From Chitinophagaceae bacterium (GTDB lineage: Bacteria; Bacteroidota; Bacteroidia; Chitinophagales; Chitinophagaceae): a stretch of DNA of 43,106 bases. The stretch's first letter is position 1; each line of letters opens with the position of its first letter. A model generated the notes under the pieces. It saw only the letters and a list, made by a program, of their open reading frames with translations, ran no database searches and had not been told where the DNA came from. Made by a program: the position numbers and the translations under genes. Location of the stretch: contig JBIOVR010000373.1 of assembly GCA_044867875.1 (NCBI GenBank), forward strand, positions 1 through 43,106, given 5' to 3'. Positions 34,936 to 43,106 of this stretch are shown one piece after another.

Positions 34936-36255
34936 ATGATTAAGATAAGGTTAAGAGTCACGTTCTTGGTTTTAGTCGTAATTCTATTTTGTTCTTCATT
35001 GCAGGCCCAACGCTATCTTTCAGATATTGATTCTTCATTTTTAAAAGATACAGTTCGGCCTGTTATTAAAAGATTTGAAAATTTAAATATATCAGGTTAT
35101 ATGCAGCCACAGTTCCAGGTGGCAGAGGCAGATGGAGCCCCTTCCTTTGAAGGAGGAAATTTTTCCCAATATTCAAGAAGCAGGTTCATGCTCCGGAGGG
35201 CAAGAATTAAGATCGATTATTTATTGAGAACAGAAGAGCGAATGCCTAAGGTTTTATTCACTTTTCAAATTGACGCTACTGAAAGAGGGGTAATTGTAAG
35301 GGATATGTTCATAAGACTTTTTGAAACAAGGAAAAATTTGTTTGCAATGACAGCAGGTTTTTTTGCAAGACCGTTTGGATTTGAGGTTAATCTTGGTTCA
35401 TCATACCGTGAAACTCCTGAACGTGGAAGAATGTCTCAAACATTGATGCCGGGAGAAAGAGATCTTGGCGTAATGCTTTCATTTGAACCTCAAAAAAGAG
35501 ATCATAAACTATATCATTTAAAATTAGATGGAGGATTTTTTAATGGCCAGGGACAATCGGGAACAACCGATTTTGATAGCCACAAAGATTTTATCAGCCG
35601 GCTAACATTAAAACCTTACTCATTCAAAAAAATGGAACTAGGCGCTGGCCTTTCTCTTTTAAGAGGTGGATGGAAAAATGGAACAAAATATGTTTATGAA
35701 ATGGGTACATCTTCCGGTGGTGATAAAATTTTTATAGTTGACTCTTCGGAATCCAATCTTGGAAGTTCTGCACCCCGTAATTATTATGGTGGCGACATAC
35801 AATATAAAATTCATCACAATTGGGGTGAAACCGAATGGCGTGCCGAATATTGGTTTGGCGCACAACCAGGTACTGCTGTTAATACAACAAACCCGGGATC
35901 ATTGCCCAATACAAATGGTGTAGCTGCGCCTACTTATGTACGGAATTTCAATGGCGCATTTTTTTATTTTTTACAAAATATCATTAATGCCAAACATCAA
36001 TTGGTATTAAAATACGATTGGTACGATCCTAATACGAAAGTGAGTAAAACCGAAATTGGTAAACCGGGGACTAATTTAACTGCAGCAGATATAAAATTTT
36101 CTACAATAGGTATCGGTTATGTATTTTATTTTAATTCGCAAACCAAGATCACGTTTTACTATGATATTGTAGAAAATGAAAAAACACAATTAACAGGATT
36201 TACTTCAGATATTAAGGATAATATTTTCACTTGCCGCCTGCAATTCAGGTTCTAA
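34936..36255 (+). CDS. Outer-membrane porin (possibly phosphate-selective OprO/P-like)
   Basis: 439 aa with signal peptide MIKIRLRVTFLVLVVILFCSSLQAQ. It has amphipathic beta-strand periodicity and a C-terminal CRLQFRF. The subfamily is suggested only by the neighbouring pit locus. Confidence 0.6.
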   Translation: MIKIRLRVTFLVLVVILFCSSLQAQRYLSDIDSSFLKDTVRPVIKRFENLNISGYMQPQFQVAEADGAPSFEGGNFSQYSRSRFMLRRARIKIDYLLRTEERMPKVLFTFQIDATERGVIVRDMFIRLFETRKNLFAMTAGFFARPFGFEVNLGSSYRETPERGRMSQTLMPGERDLGVMLSFEPQKRDHKLYHLKLDGGFFNGQGQSGTTDFDSHKDFISRLTLKPYSFKKMELGAGLSLLRGGWKNGTKYVYEMGTSSGGDKIFIVDSSESNLGSSAPRNYYGGDIQYKIHHNWGETEWRAEYWFGAQPGTAVNTTNPGSLPNTNGVAAPTYVRNFNGAFFYFLQNIINAKHQLVLKYDWYDPNTKVSKTEIGKPGTNLTAADIKFSTIGIGYVFYFNSQTKITFYYDIVENEKTQLTGFTSDIKDNIFTCRLQFRF

Positions 36256-36356
36256 TGTTGCTTAACATTAAGATAATACTACGCTCACAATTCCATAACC
36301 GGCCATTAACACCGGCATAATGATGTGGTCTTTCTTTTGCGTCGTAATCAAACGCA

Positions 36357-39158
36357 ATGAAAAGACTCCTGTTCACACTTACGACCCTGTTTGGATTAGT
36401 TTTTATAAGCTTCTCACAAAATGAAAAACTTTCAGGTAAGGTCTTGAATAGCAAGAACGAACCTGTTGTTGGCGCTTCCATAAAATTTGAAGGATCAAAC
36501 ACTGGTGCTATTTCCGGTGTTGATGGCAGCTTTATTCTCACACTTGCGATCGGAAAAAAATATACACTTGTTATTTCTTCCGTTGGATATGAAACGAAAA
36601 CCATCCAGGATGTAGAAGTAGCCGCAGGCCAGGCAAACGAACTGCAAGTATTAATGGTTGAGTCTGCAAAGAATACTTTAGGTGGAGTTACTGTAACTGC
36701 AACCGCTTCGTCTGCCAGGAAAGAAACATCCGCAGCCTTGATCCAATTTCAAAAAAATACAAATACAGTTGCTTCTGTTATTTCTGCAGAACAAATAAGA
36801 CGTTCTCCTGATAAAACTACCGGTGAAGTTTTGAAACGTGTACCCGGCACCAGTATCATGGAAGGAAGATTTATTGTCGTAAGAGGATTGGCAGACAGGT
36901 ATAACCAGGCGATGATCAATGGAATTTTATTGACCAGTACAGAACCTGATCGTAAAACATTTTCTTTTGATCTTATTCCTGCCAAGATGATCGATAATAT
37001 TATTATCAATAAAGCATTTGTTCCTGAATATCCCGGTGAATGGGCGGGTGGTTTGATACAAGTAAATACAAAAGATATTCCTTCAAAAGATTTTTTCAAT
37101 GTTGAAATAGGTACTGGTTTCAATACACAATCAACATGGAATAATTTTTATAAAACTCCGGGAGGGGACCTGGATTGGCTGGGAATTGATGATGGTACAA
37201 GAGGTTTCCCTAAAGGCTACACCACAAAAAGCGAATTCAGCATACTTCCCAATTCCGCTAAAACTGCGATTGGAAAAGGCATGAGAAATGCATGGGCAGC
37301 AACAGAAACTACGGCTCCATTAAATATGACATTCCAGGCAAATGGAGGTTTTAATACAACTTTATTTGGAAAAAAATTAGGTGGCACATTCGGTGTTATT
37401 TATAATAGAACAAAGAAAAACATCCAAATACAAAACAGGCGTAATGTAATTGACCAAAATTATAACACAACTATAGAAACCGATATCCATGATCAACGAT
37501 TTTCCGATGAAATTTTTGCAGGGGCGTTGAGTAGCCTTTCAATGCAGTTTAATCCGCTTAATAAAATATCACTTAAATCGATCATTAATATAAACACAAA
37601 TAATTTTTATACTCAACGTAATGGCACTGACATAAGCAGGAATGATAGTTATTTAAAAGGATCAGAAGCTACTTTTAAAGAGAATGTTTTTTTTACGACA
37701 CAACTAAACGGGGAGCATAGCCTGGCAACTCCACTTACTTTAAAATGGTATGGAGCTTTTAATATACTCGACGGTTATATTCCTGATCAACGCCGGTTGG
37801 TTTATTCAAGAATTAATACAACCGATCCATGGCGGGCAGTTATTGCCAATACACTTTCACAACAAAGTGGAAGCCGCATTTATCAAAGTCTTAGTGATTA
37901 TATATATACAGCCGGTGGTGACTTGGCTTATAAATACAACTGGCTTGGCCACAAGCAAACGGTTAAGGGTGGTTACATGCTGCAAATAAAAGACAGGCTG
38001 TATGACGCATTGCTGTTTGCAAACAATCTTCATACTGATAATGACGCTTTAAAGCTATTACCTGATGGAGATATTTTCCGTCCAGAGAATTTTGGCGATG
38101 GATCTGCAAGCAGTAATCTTTTTGCTTTTGATGCATTAGTAGGTAAAACATATCGTTACCTCGCAAATACAATTTTAAATGCAGGATATCTTCAGTCTGA
38201 TAACCAGTTTACAGAAAAACTAAGAGTAGTATGGGGACTCAGAGTGGAAGATTATGATCAGCTGATCGGAAGTGTAAAAGCATACGACGATCGCCACACT
38301 CATAAAAGAGTTACTGATTTTCTTCCTGGGGTGAATGTTACTTATAAATTGAATACTAAAACCAATATAAGGTTGTCAGGTTCTCAAACCGTAGTTCGTC
38401 CTGAATTGCGTGAACTCGCTTCGCTGAACCTTTACGATTTTGAATTGAATGCTTCCGTGCAGGGTAACCCTAACCTTGAAAGAACAAAAGTTATTAATAC
38501 AGATATACGGTATGAATTATATCCAGCATCAGGAGAAGTATTTACGTTGGGTGTTTTCTATAAACATTTTGATAAGCCAATTGAGCAATTATTAAATGAA
38601 GGCGGTGGTGGTGCCAGTACATTTTCATACCAGAACCCGGAAGAGGCATATACCTACGGAGCAGAACTGGAGTTCAGAAAAAAACTTTCTTTTATAAATG
38701 TTTTGAAAAATTTCACTTTCCAGGGAAACGTAGCTTATATCTATAGCCGTGTAACTGACCTGGGTTTTGATCTCGACAGATCGCTACAAGGTCAATCTCC
38801 TTATGTTTTGAATTTTGGTTTATTGTATGACCTGGAAAAACCAGGGTTCAGTGCCACTTTATTATTTAACCAGATCGGTGAAAGAATTTACCTGGTGGGT
38901 GATAAATCTGCCGGAGCAGGAACACCAGACACTTATGAAGCGCCACGTGCTGTATTTGATTTCCAGCTTTCAAAAAAGATCTTAAAGAAGATGGGTGAGA
39001 TAAAACTCAATATTTCAGATCTGCTTAACCAGACTCAGTATTTCTATCAGAATACAAGTAATAATAAAACATTCCAAAAGGGTTCAGATGCATACCGGTT
39101 CACAAGGAAAGTAGGGACAACATTTTCAATAAGTTTTAATTACTCTTTTTTAAACTAA
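36357..39158 (+). CDS. TonB-dependent receptor with N-terminal carboxypeptidase-regulatory-like domain
   Basis: 933 aa with a signal peptide. The CarboxypepD_reg-like segment is LSGKVLNSKNEPVVGASIKFEGSNTGAISGVDGSFIL. The plug reads EQIRRSPDKTTGEVLKRVPG...VVRGLADRYNQAMINGI, followed by a long beta-barrel. Confidence 0.9.
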   Translation: MKRLLFTLTTLFGLVFISFSQNEKLSGKVLNSKNEPVVGASIKFEGSNTGAISGVDGSFILTLAIGKKYTLVISSVGYETKTIQDVEVAAGQANELQVLMVESAKNTLGGVTVTATASSARKETSAALIQFQKNTNTVASVISAEQIRRSPDKTTGEVLKRVPGTSIMEGRFIVVRGLADRYNQAMINGILLTSTEPDRKTFSFDLIPAKMIDNIIINKAFVPEYPGEWAGGLIQVNTKDIPSKDFFNVEIGTGFNTQSTWNNFYKTPGGDLDWLGIDDGTRGFPKGYTTKSEFSILPNSAKTAIGKGMRNAWAATETTAPLNMTFQANGGFNTTLFGKKLGGTFGVIYNRTKKNIQIQNRRNVIDQNYNTTIETDIHDQRFSDEIFAGALSSLSMQFNPLNKISLKSIININTNNFYTQRNGTDISRNDSYLKGSEATFKENVFFTTQLNGEHSLATPLTLKWYGAFNILDGYIPDQRRLVYSRINTTDPWRAVIANTLSQQSGSRIYQSLSDYIYTAGGDLAYKYNWLGHKQTVKGGYMLQIKDRLYDALLFANNLHTDNDALKLLPDGDIFRPENFGDGSASSNLFAFDALVGKTYRYLANTILNAGYLQSDNQFTEKLRVVWGLRVEDYDQLIGSVKAYDDRHTHKRVTDFLPGVNVTYKLNTKTNIRLSGSQTVVRPELRELASLNLYDFELNASVQGNPNLERTKVINTDIRYELYPASGEVFTLGVFYKHFDKPIEQLLNEGGGGASTFSYQNPEEAYTYGAELEFRKKLSFINVLKNFTFQGNVAYIYSRVTDLGFDLDRSLQGQSPYVLNFGLLYDLEKPGFSATLLFNQIGERIYLVGDKSAGAGTPDTYEAPRAVFDFQLSKKILKKMGEIKLNISDLLNQTQYFYQNTSNNKTFQKGSDAYRFTRKVGTTFSISFNYSFLN

Positions 39159-39177
39159 ACTTTTTAAAAAATAAAAA

Positions 39178-40659
39178 ATGAAAAAGAACATCTTCTATTT
39201 AGTAGCCATTTCAGCAGTGTTTATTACCAGCTGCAGAAAAATTGAAATGGATGGAGAAAAAGAAGTTATCATTATTAACGGAGGTGGTAGCGGTAGTACC
39301 GGCCAGACAATTACAGTTTCAGGAAGGGTCAATGCCGATACTACTTTTCATAAAGCCAATACTTATATTTTGAAAGGGCTTGTGTATATAGTAGGTAATC
39401 ATACAATCACAATCGAGCCGGGAACAGTTATCAAAGGTGCATTTAGCGGAGCTGATGTGGCTGCACTGATAATTACCCGTGGATCTAAAATTATGGCTGC
39501 AGGTACGGAAACCGAGCCGATCATATTTACGTCTTCTTCTCCAAATCCTCAATCAGGTGACTGGGCGGGAATTGTTCTTTGTGGCAGAGCAAGCATCAAT
39601 GCAAGTTACAATGGTATCAATGGTCTTTATCAGGTTGAAGGTGGTATTGATAATGCCAATGGCGATGGTCTTGCTGGTTCAGGTGACGGTAGCCCTGCTA
39701 CTGCTCCTGTAGATAATGATAACTCAGGAACAATAAAATATGTGAGAATTGAATATGCAGGCTATGGTTTTCAGCCAGATAAAGAGATCAATAGTCTTAC
39801 GATGGCTTGTGTTGGCAGTGGTACAACGATAGATCATGTAGAAGTAGCGTATGCAAAAGATGATGCTTATGAATGGTTCGGTGGCACGGTGAATTGCAAA
39901 TACCTGATCTCTTATAAAACACAGGATGATGACTTCGATACTGACAATGGTTTTAGCGGAAAGGTTCAGTTTGGTCTTGTACTTCGCGATTCAGTAATTG
40001 CTGATATCTCAACTTCAGAAGCATTTGAAAGCGATAATAACGCAAGTGGTACCACTGCTGCTCCAAAAACAAAAGCGATATTCAGTAATATCACTGCTAT
40101 TGGACCACGTGCTACATTAAATAATATTGGTAGCTCATTATTCCGTTGTGGGGCACAGATAAGAAGAAATTCAGCTATTTCAATTTTCAATTCGATCATA
40201 ATGGGTTGGCCGCAGGGAATTTTGATTGATGGAACAACAGGAACAGCTACTGCTTTGAATATTGAAGACAGTAGTTTGCGCCTTCGCAATGTAACTCTTG
40301 CAGGAAATGGTAACTCCACAGCTTCTGCACATCTTGCTTTTTCAGGCACTGGCGGAACTAATATTAATTCACTGGCATCATTGACAACCTGGTTCACCAA
40401 TGCTTATTATGGTAATGATCTTTTAACAAATGCCTCAGATGCTAAACTGATCCAGCCATTTAATTATACTGCATGGGATCCGACACCTTTTGCAGGTTCT
40501 AATGGGAATCAAAAGATTCTTAATGCTGCTGATTTTAGTGATCCAAAATTTGCCGGTGATCTGTTCTTTGATAAGACAGCTACATTCAGGGGTGGTGTTG
40601 CACCGGGAGGACCGTTGGCAACATGGTGGAAAGGATGGACAAAATTTAATTATAACTAA
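39178..40659 (+). CDS. Lipoprotein partner of the TonB-dependent receptor, function unknown (Gly/Thr/Asn-rich, beta-rich)
   Basis: 493 aa, 19 nt downstream of the receptor gene. The lipoprotein signal is MKKNIFYLVAISAVFITSC, followed by an acidic/Gly linker (RKIEMDGEKE...GGGSGSTG). Repetitive beta-type segments include ITIEPGTVIKG, EPIIFTS, GDWAGIVLCG, YVRIEYAG and DDFDTDNG. It is not SusD-like. Confidence 0.6.
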   Translation: MKKNIFYLVAISAVFITSCRKIEMDGEKEVIIINGGGSGSTGQTITVSGRVNADTTFHKANTYILKGLVYIVGNHTITIEPGTVIKGAFSGADVAALIITRGSKIMAAGTETEPIIFTSSSPNPQSGDWAGIVLCGRASINASYNGINGLYQVEGGIDNANGDGLAGSGDGSPATAPVDNDNSGTIKYVRIEYAGYGFQPDKEINSLTMACVGSGTTIDHVEVAYAKDDAYEWFGGTVNCKYLISYKTQDDDFDTDNGFSGKVQFGLVLRDSVIADISTSEAFESDNNASGTTAAPKTKAIFSNITAIGPRATLNNIGSSLFRCGAQIRRNSAISIFNSIIMGWPQGILIDGTTGTATALNIEDSSLRLRNVTLAGNGNSTASAHLAFSGTGGTNINSLASLTTWFTNAYYGNDLLTNASDAKLIQPFNYTAWDPTPFAGSNGNQKILNAADFSDPKFAGDLFFDKTATFRGGVAPGGPLATWWKGWTKFNYN

Positions 40660-40685
40660 AGACAAATTCCATTAACCATAAATAA

Positions 40686-40717
40686 AAAAGCCGGTTCACA
40701 GAACCGGCTTTTATTTT
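40686..40717 (+). terminator. Rho-independent terminator of the receptor-lipoprotein operon (bidirectional shape)
   Basis: Perfect 12-bp stem aaaagccggttc (40686-40697) / gaaccggctttt (40701-40712) with loop aca. It is followed by attttcc. Confidence 0.8.
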
Positions 40718-40861
40718 CCACAATTAACAGTTTGGTAATCGCAGTATAACGCTGGTATAATAATTGTATCCCAAATTGCAACCAGTTCTTATCCATCCAA
40801 TATATATACAACATCCCGGATCGGTTCTCCGGGGTTAGTAAGTTGATTCCTCATGCAGTTG

Positions 40862-40891
40862 CCGTCCCAATCTCATTGGGACGGTTTTTTT
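40862..40891 (+). terminator. Orphan Rho-independent terminator (no ORF upstream)
   Basis: Perfect 10-bp stem ccgtcccaat (40862-40871) / attgggacgg (40875-40884), followed by a T7 run (40885-40891). No ORF of 60 aa or more lies on either strand between 40675 and 40999. Confidence 0.7.
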
Positions 40892-40998
40892 ATTTCTTAA
40901 CGTTAATAACATTCTGTTTTATCTTATAAAAACTATGGGTTGTTCCGTATCTTTTAATAGTCAATAATGGTCAACTCCAGATCCAATTTTATAAACGC

Positions 40999-41790
40999 AT
41001 GACAGAAACAAACACTCTACCGCTTGTTGAAAAAACAGACAAACAAAAAGAATCCGGTAACGAACTGGTGATCTCCTTCCTGACACTGCGAAACCTGATC
41101 GGTATTTCGGGGATGTTGTTACCGATCGTGTTAACCTTGCTTACACCGAAGGGTGAACAGGATAAAGTGATGGAACATTCTATCAGCGAATATTATTATA
41201 CTAAGAATGGCGATCTCTTTGTTGTTCTTTTAAGTGTGATTGGTGTTTTTTTATTGACCTATAAAGGATATGATCGTTTCTGGGAACGTACATTGACCTT
41301 GGTTGCCGGTTTTTGCGGGATCGGTGTTGCATTTTTTCCAACGGCTACAACGATGGGTAATTCTTTAAGCATACATAAAGTGAGAAAGGAAGTACCAGAA
41401 TTTTTTGGACTTGTTCAGTGGCATTTTATTTTCGCAGCGCTTTTTTTTATTTCATTAGCACTTATCTCACTTATTTATTTTCGGAAGAAGGACGTTAATA
41501 GTGTCTACTTAATTGATGGGCGAAAGAAAAAGCAAAAAGAAAAAAGGAACCTGGTTTACATGATCTGTGGATGGACGATGCTGATCAGCATCGCATTGAT
41601 GATCCTTTATTTTATTATAGACCCGCCGTCACTCAGGAATATGCCTGTGGTTTTTGCATTGGAAACTGTTGCAGTGGAAGCATTCGGTATTTCATGGATC
41701 ACAAAAGGGCAAACGCTTTGGCCAGACGGGGAGCATTATATGAAAAAAGGATTGCGGAAAGTAAAACATAAGATTGAGCAAAGCACTTAA
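40999..41790 (+). CDS. Hypothetical polytopic membrane protein (~6 TM)
   Basis: 263 aa. Hydrophobic helices include LIGISGMLLPIVLTLL, LFVVLLSVIGVFLLTY, LTLVAGFCGIGVAFFP, WHFIFAALFFISLALISLIYF, LVYMICGWTMLISIALMILYFII and VVFALETVAVEAFGISWI. A conserved-looking SISEYYYT segment follows TM1. I do not recognise the family with confidence. Confidence 0.6.
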   Translation: MTETNTLPLVEKTDKQKESGNELVISFLTLRNLIGISGMLLPIVLTLLTPKGEQDKVMEHSISEYYYTKNGDLFVVLLSVIGVFLLTYKGYDRFWERTLTLVAGFCGIGVAFFPTATTMGNSLSIHKVRKEVPEFFGLVQWHFIFAALFFISLALISLIYFRKKDVNSVYLIDGRKKKQKEKRNLVYMICGWTMLISIALMILYFIIDPPSLRNMPVVFALETVAVEAFGISWITKGQTLWPDGEHYMKKGLRKVKHKIEQST

Positions 41791-42001
41791 TGTTCTTAAG
41801 CCTTTAATTAGTATGCAAAATCATAAGCTGGTTATCTTCAATTAGTTTTTTGTTGCATGTTATATCTTAAAAACAATTTAATCATTCATTCATATTATAT
41901 TAAGAATCGCTTTACATAGCTGCTGCAATTTCGCAATATCAAAAAAAATATCGGGAAGCAACATAAGTAATATAAGCAGTAGAATTTCTCATGTGTATGA
42001 T

Positions 42002-42031
42002 GGCGATTCTTTTCCAAGCGTCGCCTTTTTT
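42002..42031 (+). terminator. Weak orphan terminator-like hairpin
   Basis: 6-bp stem ggcgat (42002-42007) / gtcgcc (42020-42025) including a G.U pair. It has a 12-nt loop and is followed by ttttttatttattt. No annotated ORF lies upstream within 200 nt. Confidence 0.35.
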
Positions 42032-42190
42032 ATTTATTTATTGTGTACTGGTATAGCATTTATTTACAAGGAGTTCGGTCAAACAGAGCACCTTCTTAGT
42101 TGTTAGTTTATCGAAAAATGAAAAACTTAACATTGGTGAATTGTTCTCATTATTATCTTTAAGTTATTAGTTCATTAAATATTTAATCAT

Positions 42191-42439
42191 ATGGACACAC
42201 CGCAAATTGATGGCAAAAAGTCTTTTAAGAAACAACTATTCGAAACAATTCATAATCGTCTTGATCATTCCCTAATCCCGTACAAAGAATTATTGGGTGA
42301 AAAGAAAATGAACCGTTTCCTGAAAAATACCAGTAAAGAGCTGGTATCAGAGATCAATAAAAGAACGAAGAAAGCAGAGAAACGCCAGGAAAGACTGCAA
42401 AAGAAAGCCGATAAATTAAAAAAGGAACAACAAGCATAA
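42191..42439 (+). CDS. Small Lys-rich hypothetical protein
   Basis: 82-aa ORF with a highly basic helical C-terminus (KRTKKAEKRQERLQKKADKLKKEQQA). It is followed by its own terminator hairpin. No recognisable family. Confidence 0.4.
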   Translation: MDTPQIDGKKSFKKQLFETIHNRLDHSLIPYKELLGEKKMNRFLKNTSKELVSEINKRTKKAEKRQERLQKKADKLKKEQQA

Positions 42440-42459
42440 TTACTTACTGATCCCTTGTC

Positions 42460-42498
42460 AAAAGCCGTTTTGAACCGAGAAGCGGCTTTTTGCTTTTT
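42460..42498 (+). terminator. Rho-independent terminator after the 82-aa ORF
   Basis: ~12-bp stem, including wobble pairs, at 42460-42471 / 42479-42490 (aaaagccgtttt / agaagcggctttt). It is followed by tgcttttt. Confidence 0.6.
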
Positions 42499-42682
42499 AT
42501 ATAGACTGTATTTTTTATCTACGAAGATTTTAGATATTCCGAACAGTTGTTCACAAAAGAAAAACTTTGTCTTTTCAACAAACTAGACTGATCGCAGATT
42601 AAGTTATTATTATCTTTTGCCTGGCAAGTATTTTGAGTTTTGATATTCTATATATTCATAATCCCACAAAAACAACTGCATC

Positions 42683-43106
42683 ATGAATATCGTTTCAATA
42701 AGACAGCTTCCGGGACAACAGGATTATCTTTTAAAAGAGGATGATAAAACTGTTTTAAAACTGCGTTACAAAAAAGATTTGCATACAGCAAGAGTGGAAA
42801 CAGAAAAAGAAAGGAGAATGCTGATCATTGATGATGAAGGATTACTTAAAACAAAGTCTGTTTTGAAAAATGAATACGGTATCCGAATTGGTTCATTGAA
42901 CTATGATAATTTTTCTGACTCTCATGGTACTGTTGATATTGAAAGTATTAAATATCGTTTTGTTGTTAAGAATGGAGAAGCACCTGAGTTGAATATTTAT
43001 AAAGGATCCCGCCGCGATCTTGTTTATAATTGCCAGCTTGTATTCGATGATATTAGTTCAAGGATCAAAGGATCGCAAACTGCCTCATTGATCATTGCAG
43101 TTTCGT
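42683..43106 (+). CDS. Hypothetical protein, 5' partial (runs off the window end)
   Basis: I read this from the sequence; it is not in the ORF track. The frame is open from ATG 42683 (MNIVSIRQLPGQQDYLLKEDDKTVLKLRYKK...) for 141 codons to the window edge with no stop. No recognisable family. Confidence 0.5.
   Translation, partial: MNIVSIRQLPGQQDYLLKEDDKTVLKLRYKKDLHTARVETEKERRMLIIDDEGLLKTKSVLKNEYGIRIGSLNYDNFSDSHGTVDIESIKYRFVVKNGEAPELNIYKGSRRDLVYNCQLVFDDISSRIKGSQTASLIIAVS

Noticed and set aside
36337-36357. 6-bp hairpin ttgcgt / acgcaa ending on the A of the receptor gene ATG, which shares TTGCGTCG with the repeat core.
   Set aside because: The stem is too short to distinguish from chance, and the 8-nt overlap with the repeat core is not supported by flanking similarity.
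36245-36604. 119-aa minus-strand ORF overlapping the start of the TonB-dependent receptor gene.
   Set aside because: It is antisense to a strongly supported gene (signal peptide plus CarboxypepD_reg domain on the + strand) and has no independent signals.
40815-40833. tRNA T-arm-like hairpin (cccgga tcggttc tccggg).
   Set aside because: The loop is not TTCRANY-like, and no acceptor, D or anticodon arms can be built from the flanks. No tRNA gene is present anywhere in the window by eye.
1-43106. Whole-window search for defence-system or mobile-element hallmarks. I looked for nucleases, helicases, methyltransferases, toxin-antitoxin pairs, integrases, transposases, phage genes, tRNA-flanked islands and CRISPR.
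   Set aside because: None of the translated ORFs shows such motifs, so the window is dominated by core metabolism and envelope genes. I therefore do not claim a defence or MGE-type system here.

Overview
This 43.1-kb window looks like a mostly housekeeping chromosomal stretch from a low-GC Bacteroidota genome. The lineage call (Chitinophagia/Sphingobacteriia-like) is an inference from gene content, two TAnnTTTG-type -7 boxes, a CarboxypepD_reg-type TonB receptor and several ECF sigma modules. I call 40 protein-coding genes. They include a complete elongasome operon (mreB-mreC-mreD-mrdA-rodA), serS, purD, gcvH, galE and kynA. There are also a cyclophilin, two peptide transporters (OPT and POT) and two ECF sigma/anti-sigma modules. 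Other clusters are a DUF1800/DUF1501 pair, a DUF47-PiT phosphate module divergent from a porin, and a TonB-dependent receptor with a lipoprotein partner. I found no rRNA, tRNA, CRISPR array, transposase, integrase or recognisable defence gene. I therefore cannot point to an unambiguous novel system. The best candidates for undescribed biology are five. (1) An ECF sigma operon whose membrane partner has three tandem Y[AS][VI]PAG[YF]F repeats instead of a classical anti-sigma domain. (2) A non-SusC/SusD TonB receptor plus Gly/Thr/Asn-rich lipoprotein pair next to a phosphate-transport locus, with 11-bp-phased direct repeats in the divergent promoter. (3) The uncharacterised DUF1800/DUF1501 (Tat) pair, with crossing inverted repeats in its spacer. 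(4) A family of modular short repeats confined to intergenic spacers at four or more loci. (5) An AT-rich tail (40.7-43.1 kb) with orphan intrinsic terminators and unrecognisable small genes. All product calls come from reading motifs in the supplied translations. No database search was run.
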